From assembly GCA_963692945.1 (NCBI GenBank), contig OY843585.1:543664-607663 (forward strand): DNA of 64,000 nt, given 5' to 3'. The notes below the pieces were generated by a model. That model did not search any database. It saw only the letters and a list, made by a program, of their open reading frames with translations, and had not been told where the DNA came from. Origin of the DNA: Bdellovibrionales bacterium. Its GTDB lineage: Bacteria; Bdellovibrionota; Bdellovibrionia; Bdellovibrionales; UBA1609. The stretch's first letter is position 1. Each line of letters opens with the position of its first letter. Of the stretch, positions 42,718-53,552 are shown piece after piece. A program made the position numbers and the translations under genes.

Positions 42718-45700
42718 ATGTTGCAGTTTTTTAGATTTTCTTTTATTCTTTTATTTCTTTCTTCTTGCTTTCAGCAAAGATCCGCTCGTTTAATCCAAAA
42801 TTTAGAGGGAACTGTTGTTTCTTTATCTGATGTTTTTCATCTTAAGTGTGTTTTAAAAACAGGGGAAAGTTTAAATAAAAAGGTGGATTGGACGAATGCA
42901 GAACATGTTGTTTTAGAAGATAAGATGGAAGATGGACGATATAAAATGGTTGAAAAATCGTCTGTTGTTTATGAAGGTTTTGATCAAAAAACAGGGAAAA
43001 AAGCTTTAGGGCATGTGAGTGATTTTAGTTATGTTTCTATAAAAAGTGTTGAAGAAGATAGTTCCAGCCTTTTCGCTTCAACTGCAGAAAACAGTGACTC
43101 CAAAATCATTCAAAAAGGAAATCTTCATTGTGAAAATCTATTAACACCTGAACAGCATCCTTTTATTATAGCAAAGGCAAATCACAGCTATAATGTAGAA
43201 TTTCAAGTGGTTGGTAATAACTTAAGAGCTTTAATTATTGCCTCTGCAGAAGATATACCATTTCAATCCTTACCTTACTCTGTCCAACTCAGTGACGGTC
43301 GTTATGGAATGCCAATAGGTGGATATAATATAGGTTTAGGTTATTTGGAAGAAATAGTTAATTCAGATTTTGAAGCCACCCGATCGTTGAATTTTCGGGA
43401 AGTTCCAATTAAAAATAGCAACGGACTAGAAAAGAAAGAAGTTAAGGGTATTTCTAATATTTATCCCAAAGGAGTTCAAACTCTCTTAGTGAAAGGGGAG
43501 TTCAAACCTTTTAAAACTCTTTTAGAATCTGGTGGAAAAAAAGATGTTTATCCTAAGCATTTATTAGCTGGTGATTGGTATTATGAAAATACAGTTGTGG
43601 GTTCTGCTGTTGATCAATCTCATATACACACTCGCAATTTTAGCATAGACGATAATGGATTACCTACAAACAATATTAGAATTGTCATTAAAGAGAATTA
43701 TCTTATAGCTTACAGTTTAAATATGGAGGCTGATCAGACATCTACTAGTACTCTTAACAGAGAGAGGTCTGTTTTTACAATTCCTATACAACATAGGAGT
43801 TATGAATCAAATGGTGTTCTTTCTGGTCAGATACCTAATGCTGGTTTAAATGAAGTTTTAAATAAAAGAATCAGTGATGAAGATAAAGATTTTATTCAAG
43901 TTCAATTTAACAAAATGGAGATAACCGTTTCTAAAGCATTGAATTTGTTTTTTGGTAATCCTTTATGGTCTTTAGAGGAATTGCATTTAAGTAAGGATTA
44001 TATCAGTTTTGTTCTTTACGATGAGAAAAAAGGGTCAAAGATCAAGCACTCTTTGTTAAGACCGAAAACAAATAGTACTTATACGCCTTTACGTGTTTCT
44101 CAAAAAAGTCACAATTTATTTCCGGCTTTTTATATACAAAAAAGAGTTCATGATACAGATTACAACTTGTTTTCTAGAAAGTATCAAGATTCATACATTA
44201 CTAAAAGATTTAATACCAATGAACCTATAGTTTACAGATTTTCAACGACAACACCTAAATTAAAATATGTTCGTGATGTAGGGCGAGAAACTATCAATAT
44301 ATGGAATCAGGTTTTCAAAAAAGCAGGTGTAACTTGTGCTCAAGAAGATTGTTTTGTATTGGATGAGAGTGCAGATGCTGATGTAGGGGATATTCGTTAT
44401 AATGTGTTAAATCTTATAGATCCTAGAGACCTTCAAGGTCGGTCTGGTATTATAGGTTATGGTCCTTCTTTATCAAATTTAGCAACTGGAGAGACTATAT
44501 CATCTACAACAAATCTAGCTTTAAATAAATACTACAGTATGATAACGCGAACTATTTATCGTTATATTATGGAAGCTCATGGTTTGGGTCCAAGTTATTC
44601 AAGGGCTTTATTTTCCAGGAAGAAAGCGGATTTTAATCATTTGTCTGAGTTTGATTTTATGAAGAAGCAATTCTTTTCAGGTCAATTAGGGAAATTTTTT
44701 ATTCCAGATTCTTTTTATGGAGCTAAAACTCAAACGGGTCTTGTTCCTGTGTATGGTTTAAATCTTGATGATTCTATAGAAAGTAATAAGCCTATCCAAT
44801 TTATCACTTCTTTAGATGAGGTGATGGCAACTCAAGAAGATAGGAATGCGTTAGCTATTCAATATAAAATAGCGACAGGAAGGAACTTAGATGCTTCTTT
44901 AAGTAGTGAAGAAGCTTATAAAAGTATTATTCAATCAGAAGTGCATAATGATTCTCAAGATGGATGTTCTCTAAGTGCATTTGGTTCAGGAGTTGGCATA
45001 GCTCAATTTGAATTGATTAGGACTTTGTGTAAGACAGAACTAAGTGATGTAGTGAAATCTGAATCTTCTCCTTTTTTGCCTCATGAAAAAATAGATTATT
45101 TACGAAAGAAATCTTATGAAAAGGATTTTGAAAGTAAAATCATTGCTTGTGTTGAAAAAGTATTACCTCTTGTTGTCTTAGGTACATCCATTCATGAGAT
45201 GGGTCATAATATTTCAATGTATCACAACTTTGCAGGATCAGCAGATAAAGAGAATTTCCTTAAACTAGAAGATTTTCAATTTAAACATGTTTTATCAGAT
45301 TTAAAAGATGAAGAAAAAGAAGATTTACTCAAAATGGATGTTATTCAACCTTCATCTTCTACATTGATGGATTATGTAGGTCCTCAGGTTATAGAATTGG
45401 TGCCAGGTATGTATGATGTTGATTTTGTTCGTTTTATTTATGGTGGTCATTTAAAAAATAGGATAACAGAGGAAGTTATCCCAGTTGATCCTGTGACATT
45501 TGTTGATCTTAATAGTGGTGAACCATTAAATATCAATCATATTAGACACTATAAAGTTTGTTATGGTTCTCATATATGGAATACAACAGATCCTTTCTGT
45601 CAGCTTTATGATGTAGGAACGACAGCTTTAGAGATTTTAGAAAATGAATATCAACGATTGGAAGATAGCTATTACCATACGGTGCCTTTTTCTAATTCTT

Positions 45701-48429
45701 TTTTTGTAAGAAGCCTTCCATTTTACCACAAATGGAGACTTGAATTGTCTTCGGTTTTACAAGGTCAATTTGAGGATCCTTACTATTTATCTTCACCAGT
45801 TGTTGATGCAAAAGAATACAGTCAAACCATAAAAACATTATGTGAGGACGATCAACATAAATTGAATGATCTTTGTAGAGCTTCTCGTTTTATGATCAAT
45901 AAAATAATGGATGATGTGTTTTCTCCTGATTACTATTGTACACTTAAGTCAGCTTATTCAGAACAAATAGATCAAGTGCCTTTTAGATATCTTCACAGAG
46001 TAGTTGAAGAGATAGGACCATTTAAAAGCCAACGTTCTTCTTGTAAAGATTTTGAGAGACTTATAGGTGATAAATTAGGTCCTTATAAAGTGATAGGTGA
46101 AGTAGGGAAGCCTTTGTCTAGTATGCAATTTTCTACAGATAAAAATAATAAGCCTATTTATTTGTCAGTGGATCGTGTGGGTTCCTATATACGGAAAATC
46201 AATAGTATCTTAAGTCTTTTTATATCAACATTCCATCCTGTTACTAATAATGATAGTGTTTATAGTCCTATTAGTATTATGGATGAGCCAGATATTAGAG
46301 ATTTAATTCATTCTAAATTAGAAGATCGTTTTTTGAATGGAGTTAAAATTGCTCAAGAAGATGTCCATTTTTTTGATGGTGTTGAGTTCGATTCAAAAAA
46401 ATATAATGAATACACTTATAATTTCTCAAATGACATAGAGGTTTTTAAGTTTGCTGGTTATTTATTTCGTAAAAATTTCAATGCAAGTAATCCTATTTTA
46501 AGAATGCAAAATTCAATACAGAATCTTGTTAGTAATATACCTTACAGTTACATTAGTGACAATTTTGTAAATGACCCTACTTCAAGAGTAAAAATGGAGT
46601 ATTTGAGATATTATTCTCATCTTCAAGATGTAGGTGGTTTCATTACAAATGAACCTCAAGAAGATCAATTTGTAGAGTCCATGGTTATTGAGCCTGTTAG
46701 TGATTTTGGTCGTCGGATTATTACAGGTATAAAGGATGTGTATTTTAAGAGAGGTATCTTAAATTTATGGGCAGTATTTACTGATTTATATAAAGAAAAG
46801 CATGAAGGGTTTGTTAGAGATGTTAATGAAGACACAGACCTTGATGAGACAGTTTGGTTTGAAAAAGTTATGTCAAATAATATTTTACAACCTGTAGCTA
46901 ATTTATTTCAAGAAGAACAAGTGTTTCAGGTGGCTACAATGATACTTCTTTATGACTATTTTGAAAGAGGTGCGGATAAAGACCTTGTTACTGATGGATT
47001 GATTCCGTTTTTACAGGCATTAAAAACTTCTAATTTAATAGGAAGTTTGGGTTTATCTGAAAATGGTATTAGTATCAAAGCTTCAGCAAGTTATAAGGAC
47101 GAAGGAGTGCCTGAAAAAAATAGTTTTTCCACGAGAAATCCTTTGAAACCTGAATGGAAAAGTATTCAAGGTTATTTTGATAAAAACCCAGCGTCACTGT
47201 TAAAAGTAGAAACTGCAAAAACTGTTTTAGATATATATCTTTTAGAACTTTTTAAATCTTCAGTCTATGAATCTTCTGACTTGCGAGAAGATTTTAAAAC
47301 TCTTTCAGATCAAATTGTTTGTAGTCTAGAGGATAAAATTCTAGATTTAATGGTAGAAAGAAGATATATTACAATTAGAAAAGAAGAAGTGAACTGTGAC
47401 GATGTTACATATCTTCAAGCTAAGATTGTTAAATTAGAAACTCCTGCTCCTGTAACAACGGCTAATGAAAAGGAAGCTTTTACTCATCCTGTAACAATGG
47501 TTAATGAAAAGGAAGCTTTTACTCATCCTGTAACAATGACTAATGAAAAGGAAACTCCTACTCCTGTAACAACGGCTAATGAAAAGGAAACTTTTACTCA
47601 TCCTGTAACAATGGTTAATGAAAAGGAAACTCCTACTCCTGTAACAACGGCTAATTTAGAGGATGATGAACATGCTGTAGATCGTGATGAATCTTATGAA
47701 CCTTTTTTCTCTCAGGTGGAAACTTCTATTCCTGTAACAACGGCTAGTAAAGAGGATCTATCTTTACAAATTAGTGAATTGTCTAATATGCTTGATAGAT
47801 TTTATTTCTTGAAGAAACAAATCCTTAAAGTGAAAAAGTTAAACCATTTTGTTCATAATAAATTTTTAAGAGAAATTTTTATAAGAGATCTTTTTATTGC
47901 TTATTCAGCAGACAATCATGATGTTGATTTATCTATATTGAATCAAAAGATTCAAAATTTTTTGAACACAAACCCCGATGCAAAAAAAATATCTGAAATA
48001 ATAAGTTCACCAAATGCGATAGCAAAAAATTACATTCATTTTAATTTACTTATTGCTCTTTTCTCAGATAAGACAAGAGTAGCATCCAATGCTATTGAAA
48101 CAGATGCTGAGTTTCATAAATACATACAAACTGAAAAAATACAAATACTAAACTTTTTGATTCATCCTTATACGCAGATTTTGGCACAGTCATTTCAACA
48201 AACGATTCAAGGTAAAATGCAAAGCTATTATAACAAGAGATACAAATCTATTTTTAAAAATAACTCTTTGGATTATTTTTTAACTCATGATTCTAGTTTG
48301 GATTTAGACTTTTTACCAAATTATTTTGATCGTTTGTTCCATAATCGTTTGCAAAAAGAAATGAAGGCACAAGAGGATGTTCTTTTGAACACATTTGATC
48401 CGTATCTTGATATTTATAGAATACAATAA
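42718..48429 (+). CDS. Giant (1903-aa) lipoprotein with metzincin-spaced zinc-protease motif
   Basis: Lipobox LFLSSC. HEMGHNISMYHNF at nt 45193-45225 has HExxHxxxxxH spacing. A tandem 12-13-aa repeat lies near res 1575-1645. Confidence 0.8.
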   Translation: MLQFFRFSFILLFLSSCFQQRSARLIQNLEGTVVSLSDVFHLKCVLKTGESLNKKVDWTNAEHVVLEDKMEDGRYKMVEKSSVVYEGFDQKTGKKALGHVSDFSYVSIKSVEEDSSSLFASTAENSDSKIIQKGNLHCENLLTPEQHPFIIAKANHSYNVEFQVVGNNLRALIIASAEDIPFQSLPYSVQLSDGRYGMPIGGYNIGLGYLEEIVNSDFEATRSLNFREVPIKNSNGLEKKEVKGISNIYPKGVQTLLVKGEFKPFKTLLESGGKKDVYPKHLLAGDWYYENTVVGSAVDQSHIHTRNFSIDDNGLPTNNIRIVIKENYLIAYSLNMEADQTSTSTLNRERSVFTIPIQHRSYESNGVLSGQIPNAGLNEVLNKRISDEDKDFIQVQFNKMEITVSKALNLFFGNPLWSLEELHLSKDYISFVLYDEKKGSKIKHSLLRPKTNSTYTPLRVSQKSHNLFPAFYIQKRVHDTDYNLFSRKYQDSYITKRFNTNEPIVYRFSTTTPKLKYVRDVGRETINIWNQVFKKAGVTCAQEDCFVLDESADADVGDIRYNVLNLIDPRDLQGRSGIIGYGPSLSNLATGETISSTTNLALNKYYSMITRTIYRYIMEAHGLGPSYSRALFSRKKADFNHLSEFDFMKKQFFSGQLGKFFIPDSFYGAKTQTGLVPVYGLNLDDSIESNKPIQFITSLDEVMATQEDRNALAIQYKIATGRNLDASLSSEEAYKSIIQSEVHNDSQDGCSLSAFGSGVGIAQFELIRTLCKTELSDVVKSESSPFLPHEKIDYLRKKSYEKDFESKIIACVEKVLPLVVLGTSIHEMGHNISMYHNFAGSADKENFLKLEDFQFKHVLSDLKDEEKEDLLKMDVIQPSSSTLMDYVGPQVIELVPGMYDVDFVRFIYGGHLKNRITEEVIPVDPVTFVDLNSGEPLNINHIRHYKVCYGSHIWNTTDPFCQLYDVGTTALEILENEYQRLEDSYYHTVPFSNSFFVRSLPFYHKWRLELSSVLQGQFEDPYYLSSPVVDAKEYSQTIKTLCEDDQHKLNDLCRASRFMINKIMDDVFSPDYYCTLKSAYSEQIDQVPFRYLHRVVEEIGPFKSQRSSCKDFERLIGDKLGPYKVIGEVGKPLSSMQFSTDKNNKPIYLSVDRVGSYIRKINSILSLFISTFHPVTNNDSVYSPISIMDEPDIRDLIHSKLEDRFLNGVKIAQEDVHFFDGVEFDSKKYNEYTYNFSNDIEVFKFAGYLFRKNFNASNPILRMQNSIQNLVSNIPYSYISDNFVNDPTSRVKMEYLRYYSHLQDVGGFITNEPQEDQFVESMVIEPVSDFGRRIITGIKDVYFKRGILNLWAVFTDLYKEKHEGFVRDVNEDTDLDETVWFEKVMSNNILQPVANLFQEEQVFQVATMILLYDYFERGADKDLVTDGLIPFLQALKTSNLIGSLGLSENGISIKASASYKDEGVPEKNSFSTRNPLKPEWKSIQGYFDKNPASLLKVETAKTVLDIYLLELFKSSVYESSDLREDFKTLSDQIVCSLEDKILDLMVERRYITIRKEEVNCDDVTYLQAKIVKLETPAPVTTANEKEAFTHPVTMVNEKEAFTHPVTMTNEKETPTPVTTANEKETFTHPVTMVNEKETPTPVTTANLEDDEHAVDRDESYEPFFSQVETSIPVTTASKEDLSLQISELSNMLDRFYFLKKQILKVKKLNHFVHNKFLREIFIRDLFIAYSADNHDVDLSILNQKIQNFLNTNPDAKKISEIISSPNAIAKNYIHFNLLIALFSDKTRVASNAIETDAEFHKYIQTEKIQILNFLIHPYTQILAQSFQQTIQGKMQSYYNKRYKSIFKNNSLDYFLTHDSSLDLDFLPNYFDRLFHNRLQKEMKAQEDVLLNTFDPYLDIYRIQ
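47437..47655 (+). repeat. Intragenic tandem repeat, 36-39-bp units encoding NEKE(A/T)(F/P)T(H/P)PVT(M/T)x
   Basis: About five and a half units are visible in both the DNA and the translation (ETPAPVTTA NEKEAFTHPVTMV NEKEAFTHPVTMT NEKETPTPVTTA NEKETFTHPVTMV NEKETPTPVTTA). Confidence 0.9.
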
Positions 48430-48578
48430 TCTATAAAGAACTCCTTTTATCTCCTTAGATATTTAAGTAATCATTTTATAGTTTATTAAACTTTAATTTT
48501 TCATCCATTTTCGTTGTTTGATTTTTTGTATCAACTTATCAACTGGTCAAAAAAAATAATCAATGATATATAAAATAA

Positions 48579-50198
48579 TTGAATATGGGAATTTATAGAA
48601 TATTTCTAAATATTTTTTGTATCATCCTATTGTGTGTATCTTGTTTAGAAAAAAAACAAAGTTTATATGTAGATTACAATTTACAAAATACTTTACGTTA
48701 TCCTATTGGAGCAGAGCCACCAACTTTAGATTGGAATAAAAGTACAGATACAACATCTTCTCTTGTTATACAAAATATTATGGAGGGGCTAACATCTTAT
48801 GATTTTTCTGGAAATTTTGTAAAAATTCAAGGGGCTTTAGCTCATTCTTGGAAATCTTCACCAGATAAAATCAAATGGGTTTTCTATTTAAAAAATTCTA
48901 TTTTTTGGACAGATGAGAAACCTCTTAAGGTTGAACATTTTATTGATGGTTGGGAGAGGCTTTTAAATCCTAAAACAGGATCAGAATATGCTTATTTCTT
49001 ATTTCCTATAAAAAATGCTAGAGCTTACAATCAAGGAAAGATTAAAGATTTTAATCAAGTGGGTGTTAAAAAAGGAAAATCAGGAGAGCTTATTGTTTAT
49101 TTGGAAAAAAGTTTATCTTATTTTCCTTATTTGTTAACACATCCTTCTACTTACCCTATTAGAAAAGATATCATTCAAAAAAAGAAATCTCTTTGGACGC
49201 ATCCAAAAAATATTGTCACACTAGGTGCTTATCAATTGACACGATGGGATCATGATAAAGCTCTTATTTTAAAATTCAATGAGAAATATTATGGGAAAGA
49301 ACCTAAGATAAAAAAAGTTATACTTTATATAATCCCTGAAGAGACTACAATTTTAAATTTATTCTCCTCAGGTCGTTTAGATATTGCTGTCAATTTGCCA
49401 TCAAGAGATTTGATTTTCTTAAAAAAAAGAAAAGAGTACAAAAGTTACGATATATTGAGCTTGTATTACTATGGGTTTAATATCCAAGCAAAATCTTTGA
49501 AAGATGTTCGTATTCGTAAAGCTATTGCTCATGCTATTGACCGTGAAGAGATTGTGAAACTTTTAAATGGAGGTCAAAAGCCTTTAAAGAGCTGGATACC
49601 TAAAGGTTTGTTTGCTTATAATCCTAATGTTGGTTTAGATTTTAATCCTTCTAAAGCTAAAAAGATTTTAAAGGATGTAGATTTGAAACCTTCTCAAAAT
49701 CATAAAATTAAAATTTTTTACAATACAACAGCAGATCATAAAATGATTGCTGAAAATATCCAAGCTCAGTTAAAGAAAAATTTAAATATGGATGTTGAGC
49801 TTAACAATCAAGAATGGAAGACTTACTTACAAAGGTTAAAAACAAAAGAGGTAGAGTTTTTTCGTATGGGTTGGTTAGCAGATTACCCTGATCCTGATAA
49901 TTTTATGAATTTGATAACCTCTTTTTCAGATAATAATCATACCGGTTGGAAGAATGAAAAGTTTGATAAACTTGTTTTAAAAGCTATGGTTACTCCTAAT
50001 GGATATCAACGGAAAAATCTTTACGACAGAGCACAAAAAATACTTTTAGAAGAAGATGTTGTTGTGATGCCGTTGTTTTCTGGTGTCTCTCATATTTTAA
50101 TATCTCCTAGAATAAAAAAATATCCAATGAATGTTATGTCAGAAGTGCTTTTTAAAGAAGTGGAATTTGTAAATCAAAAAAATAAGAAGGTTCAATAA
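48579..50198 (+). CDS. Peptide ABC transporter substrate-binding lipoprotein (family 5, Opp/Dpp-like)
   Basis: 539 aa. Lipobox LLCVSC. SBP_bac_5-like length and motifs (GWLADYPDP). Confidence 0.85.
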   Translation: MNMGIYRIFLNIFCIILLCVSCLEKKQSLYVDYNLQNTLRYPIGAEPPTLDWNKSTDTTSSLVIQNIMEGLTSYDFSGNFVKIQGALAHSWKSSPDKIKWVFYLKNSIFWTDEKPLKVEHFIDGWERLLNPKTGSEYAYFLFPIKNARAYNQGKIKDFNQVGVKKGKSGELIVYLEKSLSYFPYLLTHPSTYPIRKDIIQKKKSLWTHPKNIVTLGAYQLTRWDHDKALILKFNEKYYGKEPKIKKVILYIIPEETTILNLFSSGRLDIAVNLPSRDLIFLKKRKEYKSYDILSLYYYGFNIQAKSLKDVRIRKAIAHAIDREEIVKLLNGGQKPLKSWIPKGLFAYNPNVGLDFNPSKAKKILKDVDLKPSQNHKIKIFYNTTADHKMIAENIQAQLKKNLNMDVELNNQEWKTYLQRLKTKEVEFFRMGWLADYPDPDNFMNLITSFSDNNHTGWKNEKFDKLVLKAMVTPNGYQRKNLYDRAQKILLEEDVVVMPLFSGVSHILISPRIKKYPMNVMSEVLFKEVEFVNQKNKKVQ

Positions 50199-50203
50199 AG
50201 GAG

Positions 50204-51304
50204 ATGACGAACAATAAATTATTTATGAAAGTTTTTATAAGTCAATTTATTGGCTTGTCTGTACTTCTTTCTTTTTTCAGTATAGTTTTTATTAGTTTTT
50301 TTCATTATAAGATTCCATTTTTTTTATGGGTCTATTTTTTTATAAGTCTTTTTTCTATTTTTATTTATTACATTTTAGAAAAAAAGTTGTTTTTTTATGT
50401 TATAGGACGTTTTGTAGAGGCTTTAATAACTCTTTTTATTATTTCAACAATCACATTTGTTTTATTGAGAATGTTACCGGGGGGTCCTTTTGATCAAGAA
50501 AAAATCCTTCCTCCTGAGGTTTTAGAAAATATCAATGCTCACTATCATTTGGATGAATCTTTATATAGACAATATGCTCGTTATATGTCGGGATTGTTCA
50601 AAGGCTATTTAGGGGAATCCTATAAATACACCGACCGAACAGTTACAGATATTTTAAAAGATTCTCTTCCTATCTCTATTCAATTGGGAGTCTATGCCCT
50701 TATTCTTGCTTTTTTATTAGGAATACCATTAGGTGTTTTTGCAGCTCAAAGAGCCAATACTTTATCTGATAGAGCCGCCATGGTGTTTAGTATTTCTGGT
50801 GTCTCTCTACCTAGTTTTGTGATCGCTCCTATTTTTATTTTGTTTTTTGGTTTTTATTTAAAATGGTTTGAAGTGGCTCTTTGGGAAGGAACGTTATTTT
50901 ATGTTTTACCGACAGTGATTTTAGGTTTGCGTCCAGCCTCCGTGATTGCTCGTCTCACTCGTTCCAGCATATTGGATGTTGTGGCTAGTGATTATGTGCG
51001 AACGGCAAAGGCTAAGGGATTGAGTGAAAGTATTATTTTTTATAAACACATTTTAAGAAATGCTTTTCTTCCTGTATTGACTTTTTCAGCCCCTTTGATA
51101 GCAGGTATTTTAACAGGTTCTTTTATTATTGAAAAAATTTTTGCTATTCCAGGTTTAGGAGAACACTTTGTAAATAGTGTAACCAATAGAGATTATCCTC
51201 TTATTTTAGGAACACTTTTAATTTATAGTTCACTTTTAATTTTATCTAATATGATTGTAGATTTACTTTATGCTTACTTTGATCCAAGAATTAAAATTTC
51301 CTGA
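50204..51304 (+). CDS. Peptide ABC transporter permease (OppB/DppB-like) with ~55-aa N-terminal extension
   Basis: The canonical region begins at ...IGRFVEALITLFIISTITFVLLRMLPGGP. Contains a YVRTAKAKGL motif. Confidence 0.85.
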   Translation: MTNNKLFMKVFISQFIGLSVLLSFFSIVFISFFHYKIPFFLWVYFFISLFSIFIYYILEKKLFFYVIGRFVEALITLFIISTITFVLLRMLPGGPFDQEKILPPEVLENINAHYHLDESLYRQYARYMSGLFKGYLGESYKYTDRTVTDILKDSLPISIQLGVYALILAFLLGIPLGVFAAQRANTLSDRAAMVFSISGVSLPSFVIAPIFILFFGFYLKWFEVALWEGTLFYVLPTVILGLRPASVIARLTRSSILDVVASDYVRTAKAKGLSESIIFYKHILRNAFLPVLTFSAPLIAGILTGSFIIEKIFAIPGLGEHFVNSVTNRDYPLILGTLLIYSSLLILSNMIVDLLYAYFDPRIKIS

Positions 51305-51312
51305 GGAAGATT

Positions 51313-52188
51313 ATGAGACCAGAGAAAAAATTTTATCAAAAGATTTTAGAGAAAAAAGTATGTTTCTATTGTGGAATTTTTATTGTTTTAATTTCTTTTG
51401 TTGCTTTATTTGCAAACTTTATATCACCCTACTCTTTTTATGAGCAGTTTCCAGAGAGAGCTTTGGAAGGTTACTCTTGGTCTCATTGGCTCGGGACAGA
51501 TCATTTAGGTAGGGATTTGTTATCTCGTATTATTTATGGTTCTCGTATGTCTATGGCTGTTGGAGTGTTCACAGCTTTAATATCTGCTGTTTTAGGTTTG
51601 GCTTATGGATTGGTTTCTGGTTGGCTTGGAGGAATAGCTGATCGTGTGATGATGAGATTTATAGATATTATGTATTCTATACCAACTTTAGTTTTACTGA
51701 TTTTAGTGAAAGTTATTTTTGATTCTTTTGTTGTTATTGATCATCCGGAGTTAAAAGCTTTGGCAGGAACTTTAGTGGCTTTAAGTTTAGTCAGTTGGGC
51801 TTCCTTAGCTAGAGTGGTGAGAGGGCAAGTGTTGCAAGTGAAAGAAAATCTTTATATAGAATCGGCAAGGTCTTTAGGTGCCAGTCCTTGGAGAATTATC
51901 ACTTTTTATATTTTACCTAATATTATGACTCCTGTAATTATTCTTCTTACTTTTCAAATACCTTCCAACATTTTATTTGAAAGTATGTTGAGTTTTTTAG
52001 GTTTAGGACTTCAACCTCCTTTTAGCAGTTGGGGTGTTTTGGTGGATGAAGGATGGAGGTCTTTAAGCACTTATCCTCGTTTGATAGTAGGGCCAGGCAT
52101 TATACTTTTTTTGACCATGTTGGCTTTCAATCTTTTTGGTGATGGATTGAGAGATATTTTTGATCCTAAAATGGAACAACTTCATTAA
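51313..52188 (+). CDS. Peptide ABC transporter permease (OppC/DppC-like)
   Basis: 291 aa. HWLGTDHLGRD and YIESARSLGAS motifs. Confidence 0.85.
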   Translation: MRPEKKFYQKILEKKVCFYCGIFIVLISFVALFANFISPYSFYEQFPERALEGYSWSHWLGTDHLGRDLLSRIIYGSRMSMAVGVFTALISAVLGLAYGLVSGWLGGIADRVMMRFIDIMYSIPTLVLLILVKVIFDSFVVIDHPELKALAGTLVALSLVSWASLARVVRGQVLQVKENLYIESARSLGASPWRIITFYILPNIMTPVIILLTFQIPSNILFESMLSFLGLGLQPPFSSWGVLVDEGWRSLSTYPRLIVGPGIILFLTMLAFNLFGDGLRDIFDPKMEQLH

Positions 52189-52344
52189 GTGGGATGTTGT
52201 CTCAGTTTTTCTTACATAAATTGTAATTATCTTTTTATAAAAAATATCTAGACTTTTCCCTAGTTATTTTTTGTATTAAAGTATTTAGATATTTTTTTGG
52301 TTAGACTTACAATAAGTTTTTTAGTTTGTATAAGGAGGAATAAA

Positions 52345-53463
52345 ATGAAAAAACGAATTGCAATATTTATGACCAGTCTCTTTAATTTTTCTAATGATAA
52401 GATAAAAATGTCTCATTTGTTTTTGATGATTTTTTATTTTCTCTCGTGTATGTTTTGGTCTCAATTAGTTCAAGCTGGAAAAAAGATAGATTACATAGAT
52501 TGTGGAGTGAAATTTGTTTGCACTTATAAACTTGTAATTCCTTCAAAGTTTGATGATGCTTGGAGTTTTTCTGAAGGTTTGGCAGGAGTTCTAATTCATG
52601 GAAAGTGGGGATATATCAACAAGCAAGGAAAGTTTGTGATTCCTGCAAAGTTTGATAGGGCTTTTAAATTCTCTAAAGGTTTAGCAAGAGTTCTAATCCA
52701 TGGAAAATCTGGTTTTATCAACAAGAAAGGAAAGTTTGTGATTCCTCCAAAGTTTAATGATGCTTGGGGATTCTCTGAGGGTTTGGCAAGAATTAAAATC
52801 CATGGAAAGTGGGGCTATATCAACGAGACAGGAAAGTTTGTGATTCCTCCAAAGTTTGATAAGGCTTTTAAATTCTCTGAAGGTTTGGCAGGAGTTCTAA
52901 TTCATGGAAAATGGGGTTTTATCAACAAGCAAGGAAAGTTTGTGATTCCTCTGAAGTTTGATATTGTTGGGGAATTTTCTGAAGGTTTAGCAGGAGTTAG
53001 AATGAATGGAAGAAATGGTTTTATCAACAAGCAAGGAAAGTTTGTGATTCCTCCAAAGTTTGATAATTTTGTGGAATTTTCTGAAGGTTTGGCAGAAGTT
53101 CAAATTCATGGAAAGTGGGGATATATCAACAAGCAAGGAAAGATTGTGATTCCTCCAAAGCCAAAGTTTGATTATTTTTTGAAATTCTCTGAAGGTTTGG
53201 CAGGAGTTTCAATCCATTTAAAATCTGGTTTTATCAACAAGCAAGGAAAGATTGTGATTCCTCCAAAGTTTGATTATTTGTTGAAATTCTCTGAAGGTTT
53301 AGCAGGAGTTCTAATTCATGGAAAATGGGGCTATATCAACAAGCAAGGAAAGTTTGTGATTCCTCCAAAGTTTGATGCTGGTTGGGGATTCTCTGAAGGT
53401 TTAGCAGGAGTTAGAACCAATAACAAATGGGGCTACATAGAAGTAGAGAAGAAAACTCTTTGA
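52345..53463 (+). CDS. WG/KWG-repeat protein
   Basis: Start set at the ATG at 52345 (AAGGAGG RBS). N-terminal TM or signal segment. About 10 repeats of FSEGLAGV.IHGKWGYINKQGKFVIPPKFD. Confidence 0.8.
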   Translation: MKKRIAIFMTSLFNFSNDKIKMSHLFLMIFYFLSCMFWSQLVQAGKKIDYIDCGVKFVCTYKLVIPSKFDDAWSFSEGLAGVLIHGKWGYINKQGKFVIPAKFDRAFKFSKGLARVLIHGKSGFINKKGKFVIPPKFNDAWGFSEGLARIKIHGKWGYINETGKFVIPPKFDKAFKFSEGLAGVLIHGKWGFINKQGKFVIPLKFDIVGEFSEGLAGVRMNGRNGFINKQGKFVIPPKFDNFVEFSEGLAEVQIHGKWGYINKQGKIVIPPKPKFDYFLKFSEGLAGVSIHLKSGFINKQGKIVIPPKFDYLLKFSEGLAGVLIHGKWGYINKQGKFVIPPKFDAGWGFSEGLAGVRTNNKWGYIEVEKKTL

Positions 53464-53552
53464 CCTGTATTTTTTAGCTGTCATAAATTTGTAAAATCTA
53501 AAACACAATATTAAAGTTTTATTCTGAAAAAGTTTTTTCTCGTTAAAAAAAA

